Part shown: positions 13,718 to 22,890 of the stretch, piece after piece
Numbering within the stretch: position 1 is the stretch's first letter
Layout: every line of letters starts with the position of its first letter
Origin: Pseudogulbenkiania ferrooxidans 2002
GTDB taxonomy: Bacteria > Pseudomonadota > Gammaproteobacteria > Burkholderiales > Chromobacteriaceae
Reading direction: 5' to 3'
DNA length: 24,000 nt
Assembly (NCBI RefSeq): GCF_000174355.1
Contig: NZ_ACIS01000006.1
Span: 172,568 to 196,567, forward strand
Position numbers and translations under genes: made by a program
Notes under the pieces: model-generated
The model's database searches: none
What the model was told of the DNA's origin: nothing
Seen by the model: the letters and a program-made list of their open reading frames with translations, nothing else

Positions 13718-14791
13718 TTAGTAGGCTGCACGAACGATGATTTCGGAGTCAGCCTGCGACCAAACCGACGCATCAGTAGGCCCTGGGTTAAATACGGCAG
13801 CTGCTGCAGACTGGTTATTCCAAATTAAGGAAATGGTGTACGACCCGGCGGCCAATACCCCCAGATAGGTAGATCCGTTGAACGGCAGGTTGTACGCGTA
13901 ACCGGCGCCCGAGCTGCCAACATGAATCCGACTACTTCGGGACTTCTGTGTCGCACCCAGCATCAGACGGGCATCACCATAAACAACCGAACCCGCGTTA
14001 GAACCAAACCACGTCCGCCAATCCACAACGACAGGCGTTGCCTGCGCCAGCATGAAGTTGAGCGTCATCACCGTGGTGTCGCCACTAGCGGCAACCACAG
14101 CTCGTGTTGCTGTAAAAAGGCTGGCAATGATCTTGCCTGACCCAGAAGAGATACCCGTAGCTGGGTTGAGCAGCACCCACTTATCCAGCGCTTGGTCGTA
14201 CTGGAGTTCGATCCAGTGACCCACCCCGGCAATATCACCAGCAGCCAACGCCGAGCCAGCCCCTTTGACGATAGTCTTGGCTGCGATGGTTCCGTTGTTC
14301 GGTGTGAAGGTCGGCGTGGTCGTCGTATTGGCCGATGCAGCGCGGACGAATAAGGACATACCGTTGGTCAACGCGGTGATGGCCGGGGTGTAGCTGGCGG
14401 TGATCGCATCGGCAGCACCACCTGCGCCGGAAGTGATCGCCGCGCTACTTTGTACCGCGTTCTGCAGGGCCGCCATGTTCGCCAGTTGGGTGGTATTGGT
14501 GCCAACGGCGGCTGTTGGTGCGGCCGGGGCGCCGGTGAATACCGGAGACGCCAGCGGCGCCTTGTTCGCCAGAGCAGCCAGCAGCAGGGTTTTGATCTGG
14601 TCGCGCCGAGCAGGGTCAAGAGCCTCACCAAACCCCTCCACCAGGTTGGCCAACTCCTCCTGGATGGCGTTGTAAAACTCATAGCCCGGCGTAGTAGCTG
14701 GCGCCACGCCCGGGCTCCCCGCCTTGAACCCATGTTTGCCGACGCCGAACAGATCCAGCGCGGGATTTCGGGTAGCCAATACACGTTGCAT
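13718..14791 (-). CDS. Tail fibre protein, 357 aa, mosaic
   Basis: The GC-rich N-terminus is typical of fibre attachment domains (...LASPVFTGAPAAPTAAVGTNTTQLANMAALQ...). The AT-richer C-terminal two-thirds is rich in Thr, Ala, Gly and Ser. GGAGGTAATTAAGA precedes the ATG. Confidence 0.75.
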   Translation of the reverse strand: MQRVLATRNPALDLFGVGKHGFKAGSPGVAPATTPGYEFYNAIQEELANLVEGFGEALDPARRDQIKTLLLAALANKAPLASPVFTGAPAAPTAAVGTNTTQLANMAALQNAVQSSAAITSGAGGAADAITASYTPAITALTNGMSLFVRAASANTTTTPTFTPNNGTIAAKTIVKGAGSALAAGDIAGVGHWIELQYDQALDKWVLLNPATGISSGSGKIIASLFTATRAVVAASGDTTVMTLNFMLAQATPVVVDWRTWFGSNAGSVVYGDARLMLGATQKSRSSRIHVGSSGAGYAYNLPFNGSTYLGVLAAGSYTISLIWNNQSAAAAVFNPGPTDASVWSQADSEIIVRAAY

Positions 14792-14793
14792 TC

Positions 14794-15381
14794 TTAATTA
14801 CCTCCATAGGCGATCAGCGCCGTGCTGATTGCCGGCGCCTCGCGTTGAATGACGCACTCCAGGACGCTATCGCCCCAGGTGCGCAAGGGGTCTTCACAGC
14901 TGGATTCGCAGGTGGAGTCCACCACACGGGTGCCAGATGGCAGGGTGAGCGTCCAGGCAAACCGCCAGTCTTCGTCCTGGATCGGGTCCTCACAGGTCTG
15001 CTCACAGGTGTGGGAGCGGTACCGGGTCACGGTGGCGCCGGGATAGCCCAGCGCTTCAGCCAGTTTGATGTAACGGGTGACGCGCGCTCCGCCGCGGTCG
15101 GTGAGCTTGGCCACCACCGACTTCTGACGATCGATGATGGTCTGCTCACCCACCGTGCAACTGTCTGGCAGTCCGAGCGAGGCCTCCCATTCGTCCAGCA
15201 GGTACACCGCCTGGCGCGGATCGGATTCGGCGAGCAGGATGCTGGCGCGGGTGTCAACCTCGGCCAGGAATGTGGCGATGCTGCCCAGCACGATGGCCAT
15301 GTCGCTGCCGGGCTCGGCCTGCAGGGCCTGCCCGGGAGGCAGCAGCTTGGCCAACTGGTCGGCGTAGCGATCCTGGTTCAT
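14794..15381 (-). CDS. Mu gp48-like tail/baseplate protein (DUF2313/YmfQ-like), 195 aa
   Basis: N-terminus MNQDRYADQLAKLLPPGQA. It follows baseplate J with an ATGA overlap. Confidence 0.75.
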   Translation of the reverse strand: MNQDRYADQLAKLLPPGQALQAEPGSDMAIVLGSIATFLAEVDTRASILLAESDPRQAVYLLDEWEASLGLPDSCTVGEQTIIDRQKSVVAKLTDRGGARVTRYIKLAEALGYPGATVTRYRSHTCEQTCEDPIQDEDWRFAWTLTLPSGTRVVDSTCESSCEDPLRTWGDSVLECVIQREAPAISTALIAYGGN

Positions 15382-16475
15382 AGCCACGTGATCGTCCCCA
15401 TGGTGGCCAGCTCGCCGATCGCGCACACGATGTCACCGGCCGGCTCCACGATGGCGTGATCCCACTCGCCGGACGAGTTGGACGCAGCGGCGTCAAGGTG
15501 GGTTTTCGGGATGGTGACGCCTTCCGCTGGCAGCGCAGTCAGGCCGCTGCTGTCCCGCTTCACCGGGCTGCCTTCCAAGCTGATGACGCCGGCGAGCGCA
15601 GCCGTCACGGCCGCGCGGATTTCGGCGGTGTCCGGCGACAGGCTGATGCTGAAGTTGATCGGCTTGTCGGTAGGGGAGACGGCGAAGATCTCACCAAATG
15701 TCGTACCGGTGGCCTCCAGGTGCGCCAGCACCGTGGCCTGTTCGTTGGCGTCTGGGAAGATGCTCGCGTCGTCATCCCGCACGAAAAACACCGTCATGCT
15801 GCCGGCGCCTACCAGCTTGGGCGCGGCCCAGGCGCGGGTGACACCGGAAATTTCCTTCGCCCACCGCTCCCAGTCTGCGGTATTGCCCACGCCTTCGGAC
15901 TTGGCGCGGGCCTCCACCACCCGGGCGCGCAGGTCCTCGATGTCCTCGATGTCGGTGCCGCCCGAGAGCCCCGGGCTCTGCACCACCACTTCGCCGTTCA
16001 CACCGTCCACCGGATTGGAGAAGCGCAGTTTCGCGCCCGGCTCGGTGTTGCCGGCGAGGCTTGGTGTCTGGCACACCACCGAGGCCAGAACGGTGCCGTC
16101 GCTGCCGACGGTGGTACCGGCGGTGAAGCTGTAGAGCATGCCGTCACTGCGGGTGAGGGTATCGGACTGATCCACCGGCATGCCGGCGGTGCCGGTGATC
16201 AGCACCGTGCCGCTGGCCGAGGTAGCGGAATTCCGGCCGTCAGGCAGTTCGAGCGGCACATGGATGTTCAGTAGCGTGTCTTCGTCGCAGGTCTGCGGGA
16301 ACAGCTGATCCTTGATGCGGTCTTGGTGGCCGTACAGTCCGTGCACCGCACCAGCCAGCGCGCGCGCCAGCGGGGTGAACAGGTTGCGGCGCAGTGCCTC
16401 GCTGGCGGTTTCCAGCGTCAGCTCAGCGTCGGCCCGGCGCGAGAGTTCGGCCAGGGAGGGCCGGTCGATCGTCAT
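15378..16475 (-). CDS. Baseplate J-like protein (Mu gp47-like), 365 aa
   Basis: Supported by size, position, and the N-terminal ...LAELSRRADAELT...LRRNLFTPLARALAGAVHGLYGHQD... pattern typical of Baseplate_J proteins. Confidence 0.8.
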   Translation of the reverse strand: MTIDRPSLAELSRRADAELTLETASEALRRNLFTPLARALAGAVHGLYGHQDRIKDQLFPQTCDEDTLLNIHVPLELPDGRNSATSASGTVLITGTAGMPVDQSDTLTRSDGMLYSFTAGTTVGSDGTVLASVVCQTPSLAGNTEPGAKLRFSNPVDGVNGEVVVQSPGLSGGTDIEDIEDLRARVVEARAKSEGVGNTADWERWAKEISGVTRAWAAPKLVGAGSMTVFFVRDDDASIFPDANEQATVLAHLEATGTTFGEIFAVSPTDKPINFSISLSPDTAEIRAAVTAALAGVISLEGSPVKRDSSGLTALPAEGVTIPKTHLDAAASNSSGEWDHAIVEPAGDIVCAIGELATMGTITWL

Positions 16476-16870
16476 GGGCTTACCTCCAGATTGATGGTGA
16501 TGCCGTCGAGGGTGATGGCGAGCAGCATGGTTTCATTGCCCAGGTCGCTTGCGGCCACGGCCAGCGTGCTGCTCACGCCGTCGGCCACCATCCATTTCAG
16601 GGCGTCCCGGGCATAGTCCTCGGCTCGGCGCAGCGTCTCCGGCACGTTCTTGGCGCGGCGGGCCAACAGCCACAGCTGGCCGCCCCAGGTGTCGCCGGCA
16701 TGCTCCGCCAGGGCATCGCCCCACCATCCGCGCGGATCCGGTAGGGCCTCGCTGTCTGGGGCCCGGGCATCGGAAAACAGCGACAGCACGATGGCGGCGT
16801 CGATCGGGTCGGCGAATAGCTCGAGCGGGAGCGGCTGGGAGAGGTCGAGAATCAGGCGGCGTGTGGTCAT
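16472..16870 (-). CDS. Mu gp46-like baseplate protein, 132 aa
   Basis: PRGWWGDAL...GGQLWLL motif. ATGA overlaps on both sides. Confidence 0.75.
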   Translation of the reverse strand: MTTRRLILDLSQPLPLELFADPIDAAIVLSLFSDARAPDSEALPDPRGWWGDALAEHAGDTWGGQLWLLARRAKNVPETLRRAEDYARDALKWMVADGVSSTLAVAASDLGNETMLLAITLDGITINLEVSP

Positions 16871-17451
16871 CGCGGGCCATCCGTGTTGTCACCGCCGCGG
16901 GTGACGCCGCCGTGGTTATGGGTGTGCACGGTGACGCCATTCGACGACAGGCTGCCGTCGGTGTGGGTGATGTCGCCGCTGATCTGGGTGCCGGCGCCGC
17001 CGCCGGTACCGGACATGCCGGCCTTGTAGCTGAACAGCCCATTCACGGTGGCGGCCTGGCTGAAGGTCGCCAGCGGGGTGTTGACCTGCACGCCTTCGCT
17101 CGCGTTGACGGTGAAGTTCTTGCAGGTCAGCGTGGCGTTGCCGTTCTGGTCGAACAAGAACAGCACGCCGTGGGCGTTGTAGGTGGCCGACTCCCCGGGC
17201 TGCAGGTTGCGGGGCCGGCTCGCCTCGTCGTCCACCGCCACCGCCACCAGGTGGTCACGGCTGCCGGCCACCGCCACCATCACCGGCACGGATCCGCGCG
17301 GAGGGTGGCTGGTCTGGCCGAAGTTCTGCACGCGCTCGACCTCGTCGCCGACCTCATCTTCCAGGGCTCCGACCTGCAGCTGCTGCAGGCCGCCGGCGTC
17401 GTTCACCAGGTTGACGATGCCGCGGGCGACCATGAGCCGGAGTTTCTGCAT
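16867..17451 (-). CDS. Baseplate assembly protein V / spike (Mu gp45-like), 194 aa
   Basis: MQKLRLMVARGIVNLVND...RVQNFG... N-terminal OB-like region and a Gly-rich C-terminus. The 500-aa ORF in the track is an artefactual extension. Confidence 0.8.
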   Translation of the reverse strand: MQKLRLMVARGIVNLVNDAGGLQQLQVGALEDEVGDEVERVQNFGQTSHPPRGSVPVMVAVAGSRDHLVAVAVDDEASRPRNLQPGESATYNAHGVLFLFDQNGNATLTCKNFTVNASEGVQVNTPLATFSQAATVNGLFSYKAGMSGTGGGAGTQISGDITHTDGSLSSNGVTVHTHNHGGVTRGGDNTDGPR

Positions 17452-17456
17452 CGGGT

Positions 17457-18584
17457 TCACAGATCGCTCCAGTCTTCGGTCTTCTTCCCCTTCTTCTTGC
17501 CGTCCTTCCGGTCGCGGCCGGTGGCCAGCCCCTTGTCGCCGGTGCGGGTGGACTTGAGCGAGGCGGTGCGGATGCCGGAGAGCAGGTCGAACGCCCTCGG
17601 GTCGGCGATTTCCAGGTCGGTCACCGTGCCGTCGTTGGCGTTCTTCAGGTAGGTGACGCTGGCGATCAGCATCTCGGCATCGATGCGCAGCCGCGGCGAG
17701 GTCACCGGCACACGCAGCCCCGGCACCCACAGCGGCCCGGTATCGCCAGCCTGGCGCCAGCTCTGCACGCGGATGATGGCGCGGTTGGCCCGCCCCTGGC
17801 GCACTGTGCGCTCCCATTCGGCGCGTTGCAGAGCGGTTGGGCTGTGCACCTGGTCTTCGGCCAGGATGATCAGCGGCCGGTGGCGCGTCACCACCTGATC
17901 GGTGGCCACGCCCTTGGCGTTGTGCTGGCCACGCGCCTGGCCTTTGACGATGTACTGGCTGTAGCGCTCGCGCCAGCTCAGCGTCACGTCGGCGCGCAGA
18001 ATGTTCTCGCCCTCCACCAGGGCGGTGACGGCCTTGGTGGAGCCGGGCAGATCGATCACCAGCCGCCCGCGGCCGTCGGTCCACAGCATCACCGCCTTCA
18101 GCCTTGCCGCGCGCTCCAGGCAATCGAACACGGTTTCGCCCTCCTCGAGGCGGAAGGAAGGGATGGCCGCGTTTGCCCGTTGCTCGGCACGTGGGCCCAC
18201 CACCACGTCGATGCCGTAGGCGGCCAGCAGGTCGAGGGCGATGCGCTTCAGGCTCGCCCCTTTCCACTGGCCGCTCTTGAAGATGGCGCTGCAGTCGATC
18301 AGGTCGGCGGTCTTGTCGCGGCCGGACACGTTGAACCAGGTGTTCGTGGCGTCGTAGCCGGGGCGGCATTCATCCATCCAGCCGGTGACCACCGGTTCGC
18401 CGTCGAGCGTCACCACGCCGGCTTGTCCTGGGCGGATCGGCCGCGGCTCGCTCTGCCCGGGCCAGCGCTCGGTCACCTGCAGTGAGAACTGGCCAGACAC
18501 CTGTTCCAGCCCACGCTGAATCTCGATGTCGGTCCAGCCGCCGTAAATCATCCCGCCCACCTTGAGCTCGCACACGTCAGGCAT
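17457..18584 (-). CDS. Baseplate hub / late control D-like protein (Mu gp44-like), 375 aa
   Basis: N-terminus ELKVGGMIYGGWTDIEIQRGLEQVSGQFSLQV. Position and size fit. Confidence 0.8.
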   Translation of the reverse strand: MPDVCELKVGGMIYGGWTDIEIQRGLEQVSGQFSLQVTERWPGQSEPRPIRPGQAGVVTLDGEPVVTGWMDECRPGYDATNTWFNVSGRDKTADLIDCSAIFKSGQWKGASLKRIALDLLAAYGIDVVVGPRAEQRANAAIPSFRLEEGETVFDCLERAARLKAVMLWTDGRGRLVIDLPGSTKAVTALVEGENILRADVTLSWRERYSQYIVKGQARGQHNAKGVATDQVVTRHRPLIILAEDQVHSPTALQRAEWERTVRQGRANRAIIRVQSWRQAGDTGPLWVPGLRVPVTSPRLRIDAEMLIASVTYLKNANDGTVTDLEIADPRAFDLLSGIRTASLKSTRTGDKGLATGRDRKDGKKKGKKTEDWSDL

Positions 18585-19809
18585 TTTTCAGCACCTCGAT
18601 GTCGCCGGCCGGGACAAAGCCCGGGTGCATCACGCCGTTTCGCGCTACCAGGTCGTCAGCAACCTCGATCGCACCGGTCACCTGGTACGCCACCACCAGC
18701 GCCGGCAGCGAAGTTTGCGTCGTCACCGTGGCCACGTCGGCGGTGGCCGGCAGGCGCGCCTGAATCGACGTGGCCACCGTCACGCGCAGCGCCTGCAGGG
18801 CGGGGTAGAGCGTGTCGGAAGCGGACTGCATCTCGGTGTTCAGAGCCTGCAGGATCTGGGCGCGAGCGTTCTGCACGTCGGCCTTGGTGGTGAAGGTGGC
18901 GGTGGGCAGCGTGCGGGCGGCCTCGATCACCAGCGTGCGGCGCACGTAGGCGGCGAGCGCCGGCGGCATGGAAGGCAGATCGCCCGCGCGGCGGGAAGGG
19001 TTCGGCAGGGTCCAGTCCGGTCGCGCGCTCGATGTGCTCGAGGTGGAAAGGATCGTGCTGTAGCTGCCACCCGTGCGCCACGGGTTCAGCACTTCGTCCT
19101 TCAGCAGCTTGCGCCAGGCGGTGACCCCGGAAAACGGGGTATCCAGCTTGCCGACCAGCGTCTGGATGCGGCTCTGAATCCGTGAAACCACCAACAGCGG
19201 GGCGTTGATGATGGTCTGCACCGAGTGGATGATGCGATCCACCTTGGCCATCGCTGCGTCGTAGGCCTCGAAGTAGCTCTCGAACGTGGCGCAGGCAGCT
19301 TCCACCGCCGCGGCAGCCTCGTCGGCATAGCCGGCGATCTCGTCCAGCCAGGACGATGCCAGCTCGCTGTCGGCCGCGGCCTGGGCGCTGTCGGCGGCGG
19401 CCTCCAGTTGGGCGTCGGTGTCGGCGCGTGCTGCCGGCTCGCTGTTCTCGCCGGCCTCGCGTAGATCCATCTCGACGACGATGCGCCCGCCCAGCGCCCG
19501 GGGGTAGCGCACCCGGGCCGGGCGCTCCAGCTGCACGAACTGGGTGCCACGCCAGGGATGCACCAGCGTGCCGGCGCCTTTCGCTTCGAGCACGTCGATC
19601 AGCCGGTCGGAATCGTCCCGGGCGGAGGGGCCGATGAAGATGGCCGACACGGTGAAGCCACGCGCGGCCCGGCCCATGTCCTCGCCGAACGGCACGTCGC
19701 GGTAGGGGTATTCGTGTAGCACCGTGCGCCGGCCGACTTCCATGTCGGTCTCGGCGACGCGGAAGCCAACGCCCTTGAACGAGGCGGGGCGGAGTGGGGT
19801 CTCGGCCAT
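18577..19809 (-). CDS. DNA circulation protein-like tail protein (Mu gp43-like), 410 aa
   Basis: N-terminus ASFKGVGFRVAETDMEVGRRTVLHEYPYRDVPFGEDMGR. It follows the tape measure gene with a TGATG overlap. Confidence 0.8.
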   Translation of the reverse strand: MAETPLRPASFKGVGFRVAETDMEVGRRTVLHEYPYRDVPFGEDMGRAARGFTVSAIFIGPSARDDSDRLIDVLEAKGAGTLVHPWRGTQFVQLERPARVRYPRALGGRIVVEMDLREAGENSEPAARADTDAQLEAAADSAQAAADSELASSWLDEIAGYADEAAAAVEAACATFESYFEAYDAAMAKVDRIIHSVQTIINAPLLVVSRIQSRIQTLVGKLDTPFSGVTAWRKLLKDEVLNPWRTGGSYSTILSTSSTSSARPDWTLPNPSRRAGDLPSMPPALAAYVRRTLVIEAARTLPTATFTTKADVQNARAQILQALNTEMQSASDTLYPALQALRVTVATSIQARLPATADVATVTTQTSLPALVVAYQVTGAIEVADDLVARNGVMHPGFVPAGDIEVLKNA

Positions 19810-21636
19810 CAGTTAGGCCCTCGCATGGTGGGGCCCACCGGCAACCTGGTGCGGTTGTTCGCCGGCGTCGCCGTGGTGGTGGCGGTCACGCCCGGGGCGG
19901 CGGTGACCTGGATCTGGATAGTGCCGCCGATCTCGGCCTGCTGCAGCTTCTCGGTCATGGCCACGGCGCGCTTGGCATCCTCGTTGCCGAACATCGCCAG
20001 GATGCGGGCTACGCCCCCGCCGACCTTGTCGACCAGGAAGTCCCCGGCCTTGGTTCCCTCCATGGCCTTGTAGGCGACGGTGCCGGCGCCGTAGCCAACT
20101 GCGCCGGCGGCAGTTGCTGCCGCGGCCGTGGTTCCGATCGCACCGATGCCCAGCTTGAGGAAATCCTTCAGCGGCAGGCCGCCCGCCATGGCCGCGCCCA
20201 CTTTCCACTTGCTGGCCACCTTGCCAGCCAGGCCAGCAGCTGCGCCGCCGGCGGCACCGTCGATCGCGCCACCACCCGGTCCGCCATTGGGCATGTTGAC
20301 CACGAACACCGGCGTCACGCCGGCGGTGGCCTCGAGCGCCTTGCCGGTGGCCACGCCGGCGGCAGTTCCTCCAGCCTTGCCGATCAGTGAGCTGACCAGC
20401 TTGCCGCCGTATCGCGCCGCCAGTGCGGTGCCGGCCGTCAGCGCTACAGCACCGCCGATCATCTCCTTGCCGCCCAGCGCCAGCCCGCCGTTGGCCTTGC
20501 TATCCATACCCCACTTGATCACCTGGGACAGGGTGTCGTTGATCGGCTGGGCGAAGCTGTCGGCGGCCTCGCGCAGGGCGGCCTTGAGGCGACCAGTCTG
20601 GTCGACGGCGTTGTCGATCGCGCTGCCCATGTCGCGCTTGAGGGTGCCGCCGGCGCCGCCGATCTCGCCGCTGAACTGGTTGATCTTGTCGAGGGTGTTG
20701 CCCGACAGCAGGATCTTCATCCCCTTGATCGTGTCCAGGTCGGCCTTGCCGAAGGCCTTCTGTAGGAAGGTGGCACGGCCCTTGTCGGTGCCGAGTTTGT
20801 CGTATTGCTTTTTGATATCCGCGATGACGGCCAAAGCATCTCGTCGGCTGCCGTCGGTGTTGAAGAACTTCACGCCGGTGGCTTTGGCGGCATCCTTCAT
20901 GTAATGCAGATTGTTGAACAGCCGCAGCGTGGAATCGGCCAGCGTGGCCAAGCGCTCCGGCTGACGTTCCATCATCGACAGGCCTTCGATGAACGCCAGC
21001 GTCTTGTCGAAGCCCATGCCGGCACTGGCGGCGCTGGGCCACCCTGGCGAAGATATCCGACAAGTTTTCCAGTTCGGCATTACCCTTGCGGCCGGCCACC
21101 GTCATCTTGTCGAGCAGTTGCAGCGCCAGCCCCGGGTTGGCCAGGTCGAAGTGGAAGGCTTCAGACGCCACGCTCAGGCCGCCGGTCAGCTTGTCGGCCT
21201 TGGCGTTGGTCACGGCCATGGCTACGTTGGTGGCGTCGATCTCCTCCCGCGCTGCTTTCCAACTCTGGCCGGCCTGCACCAGGTTGTTGAAGCCTTCCTT
21301 CAGATCCTCCACGCCGCGGCCGGATTCCTTGGCCATGCGGAACATGTCCTCCCGCAGCGCGTTGGCTTCCTCGCGCGTCGCCTCGGCGGTCAGGCGAATG
21401 CCGGTCAGGCTCTTGTCCAGGTTCGCCGAGTCGGCCGCCACCTTGAGGGCCGTGATGCCGCCGGCCAATGTGGTGAGCTGGCCATGCAGCGAGCCCATGA
21501 AGCCCTTCACCGACTCCAGCTCGTGCTTCACGCTGGCGGCAAACTTGCTGGTCTCGCGCACGCCCGAAGCCAGGCCTGCCGCATAGCGGGCGGCATCGGC
21601 ATAGATCCGGACGGACAGGGACAGCTCGTTACTCAT
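19809..21636 (-). pseudogene. Tail tape measure gene split by a frameshift (N-part 21037-21636, C-part 19809-21035)
   Basis: The frame starting at 21636 reads sensibly to ...ELENLSDIFARVA, then turns Arg/Gln-rich until it stops at 20500. The +1 frame reads sensibly from ...SAASAGMGFDKTLAFIEGLS to the stop at 19809. The switch point is at the GGG/CCC run 21036-21038. Confidence 0.75.
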
Positions 21637-22077
21637 CGTCTTTGGGCTCGGTGGCCTTGATCAGGGTGTCGCGGTAGTGCAGAAACTCGTGCACCGGGAG
21701 CCGGCCGATCTCGGCCCGGCTCCAGCCGGTTTTGCAGGCGATCAGGAGGATGCCGTCGAGGAATCGCTCTCGGCGGCGGCAGACGCTTCCCCCAGGCGTT
21801 CGGCCTCGTTGAGGCCGGCCACCAGCTTTTGCCAGTCGCCGTTGCGCACTTTGAGCATGCCCGGCGTCACAGGGATGGCCTCGCCGTCGAGAGAAACGAT
21901 CTGGTGAGCCACCAGGGCACGGCGGTAGGCAAGAGGTGAGAACGTCGAGTTCGCTTCAGCCTCGGCCTCGATCATGTCGTCCAGCATCGGTTCACGAAGG
22001 ACGACCGTTTTGAGATTGCGGCCTTTGAAGGGAATACCGTGTGTCAGGGTGACGGTGACGGTTTTGAGTTCGGACAT
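21629..22077 (-). CDS. Predicted -1 frameshift fusion product of the chaperone gene (GT-type)
   Basis: The -1 frame is open from about 21957 to a TAA at 21629-21631. That stop overlaps the tape measure ATG (GATGAGTAA). The frame encodes ...LIACKTGWSRAEIGRLPVHEFLHYRDTLIKATEPKDDE. Candidate slip sites are CUG GGG GAA (C-run 21789-21793 on the plus strand) and CAA AAG (21826-21831). Confidence 0.55.
21742..22077 (-). CDS. Tail assembly chaperone (Mu/FluMu gp41-like, G-type), 111 aa
   Basis: MSELKTVTVTLTHGIPFKGRNLKTVVLREPMLDDMIEAEAEA pattern. It lies directly upstream of the tape measure gene. GGGAG SD present. Confidence 0.7.
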   Translation of the reverse strand: MSELKTVTVTLTHGIPFKGRNLKTVVLREPMLDDMIEAEAEANSTFSPLAYRRALVAHQIVSLDGEAIPVTPGMLKVRNGDWQKLVAGLNEAERLGEASAAAESDSSTASS

Positions 22078-22208
22078 GCCAGCTCCCGGTAGATAAGGTG
22101 GGCGGGCGCTTCGCGCCCATGCTGGCATTCTGGGTGGTGGTGTGGTGCGGAATAAGGGGGGGATTTGGTGCTGGCTAGGTTTGATAGAGCAGCATCAAAG
22201 GGAGCGAT

Positions 22209-22706
22209 TTACTTCATACCTACCAAGATACTGGCTTCAGGCATCAATTGAATAGATTGCGTTTTGCCTGATGCGAGTACTACGGTTCGATTGAGGGAGA
22301 AATCCTGAGTGATCACGGGCACTCCTTCGGGAATCGTAGTTGTTATTTCGGTGTTAGGGGTCTTGAAAGTACCCGCTTTGCCGATTTTTACTAGTGCATG
22401 AAGCGCAATTTTGGCATGTTGGGGAGTCTGCTCAAGCAGTGTCAGTTCGCTAATAATGGTTACCACGCCTTGACGGCAAGAGTCAGGCGTTTCGCATCGG
22501 CGAATAATGAATGGTGACTGAAGGACCGTCTTTTCCTCCCCCTTTTCCAAATCAAGAACCCCACCTCCTCCAAGGGGTTGTTTCGCAAAAGGATGCACAT
22601 GGTAGAGGTGAAAGGTGAATTGATTCCCTGGTGCACCGTTATCTTTATCGGTGGTTGCGCATCCAGCCAACAATGCCAATGCAGAGATGTAGGCTATGTA
22701 TTTCAT
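22209..22706 (-). CDS. Lipoprotein, 165 aa
   Basis: MKYIAYISALALLAG/CATT: signal peptide plus lipobox LAGC. ATGA overlap with the upstream small ORF. The 187-aa ORF in the track is an N-terminal over-extension. Confidence 0.75.
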   Translation of the reverse strand: MKYIAYISALALLAGCATTDKDNGAPGNQFTFHLYHVHPFAKQPLGGGGVLDLEKGEEKTVLQSPFIIRRCETPDSCRQGVVTIISELTLLEQTPQHAKIALHALVKIGKAGTFKTPNTEITTTIPEGVPVITQDFSLNRTVVLASGKTQSIQLMPEASILVGMK

Positions 22707-22885
22707 CGGGTGCACACCTGCCGCGACTTGCTGATAGTCCCATCCTTGCAGACGAACTTCCCGCCAGAGCAATGTGACACGCCACCCTTCTTTCCCGAGC
22801 AGGGCGTGTTACGGGCTTCGGCCAGCGGGGCGAGGAGAGTGAGGGACAGGACTGCCATCAGTAGTGCTTTCATATTGTGTCTCAT
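22703..22885 (-). CDS. Small secreted cationic Cys-rich peptide precursor, 60 aa (36-aa mature)
   Basis: Signal peptide MRHNMKALLMAVLSLTLLAPLAEA/RN. The mature peptide has 4 Cys and about 8 Lys/Arg against 1 Asp. CKDGTISKS resembles the CKDGTxSxS motif of DUF3761-type small secreted proteins (from memory). Alternative starts lie at 22873 (ATG) and 22894 (TTG). Confidence 0.6.
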   Translation of the reverse strand: MRHNMKALLMAVLSLTLLAPLAEARNTPCSGKKGGVSHCSGGKFVCKDGTISKSRQVCTR

Positions 22886-22890
22886 GGTGA

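Noticed and set aside
13718-14400. Diversity-generating retroelement targeting the fibre C-terminus
   Set aside because: No reverse transcriptase gene and no template-repeat copy of the fibre 3' end are visible in the window.
16867-18369. 500-aa minus-strand ORF in the track
   Set aside because: Only its last 585 nt (16867-17451, gp45-like) make sense. The upstream part is an out-of-frame reading of the gp44-like gene and is Arg/Pro/Gly-rich nonsense. The same reasoning trims the 300-aa (5047-5949), 278-aa (6166-7002), 209-aa (4502-5131), 210-aa (14794-15426) and 187-aa (22209-22772) ORFs to internal starts with an SD or stop-start coupling.
20500-21080. Overlap of the two tape-measure ORFs as a programmed recoding site
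   Set aside because: No known precedent in tape measure genes, no slippery heptamer or stimulatory structure was noticed, and the required shift is +1/-2 at a simple CCC run. Mutation or sequencing error is more parsimonious.
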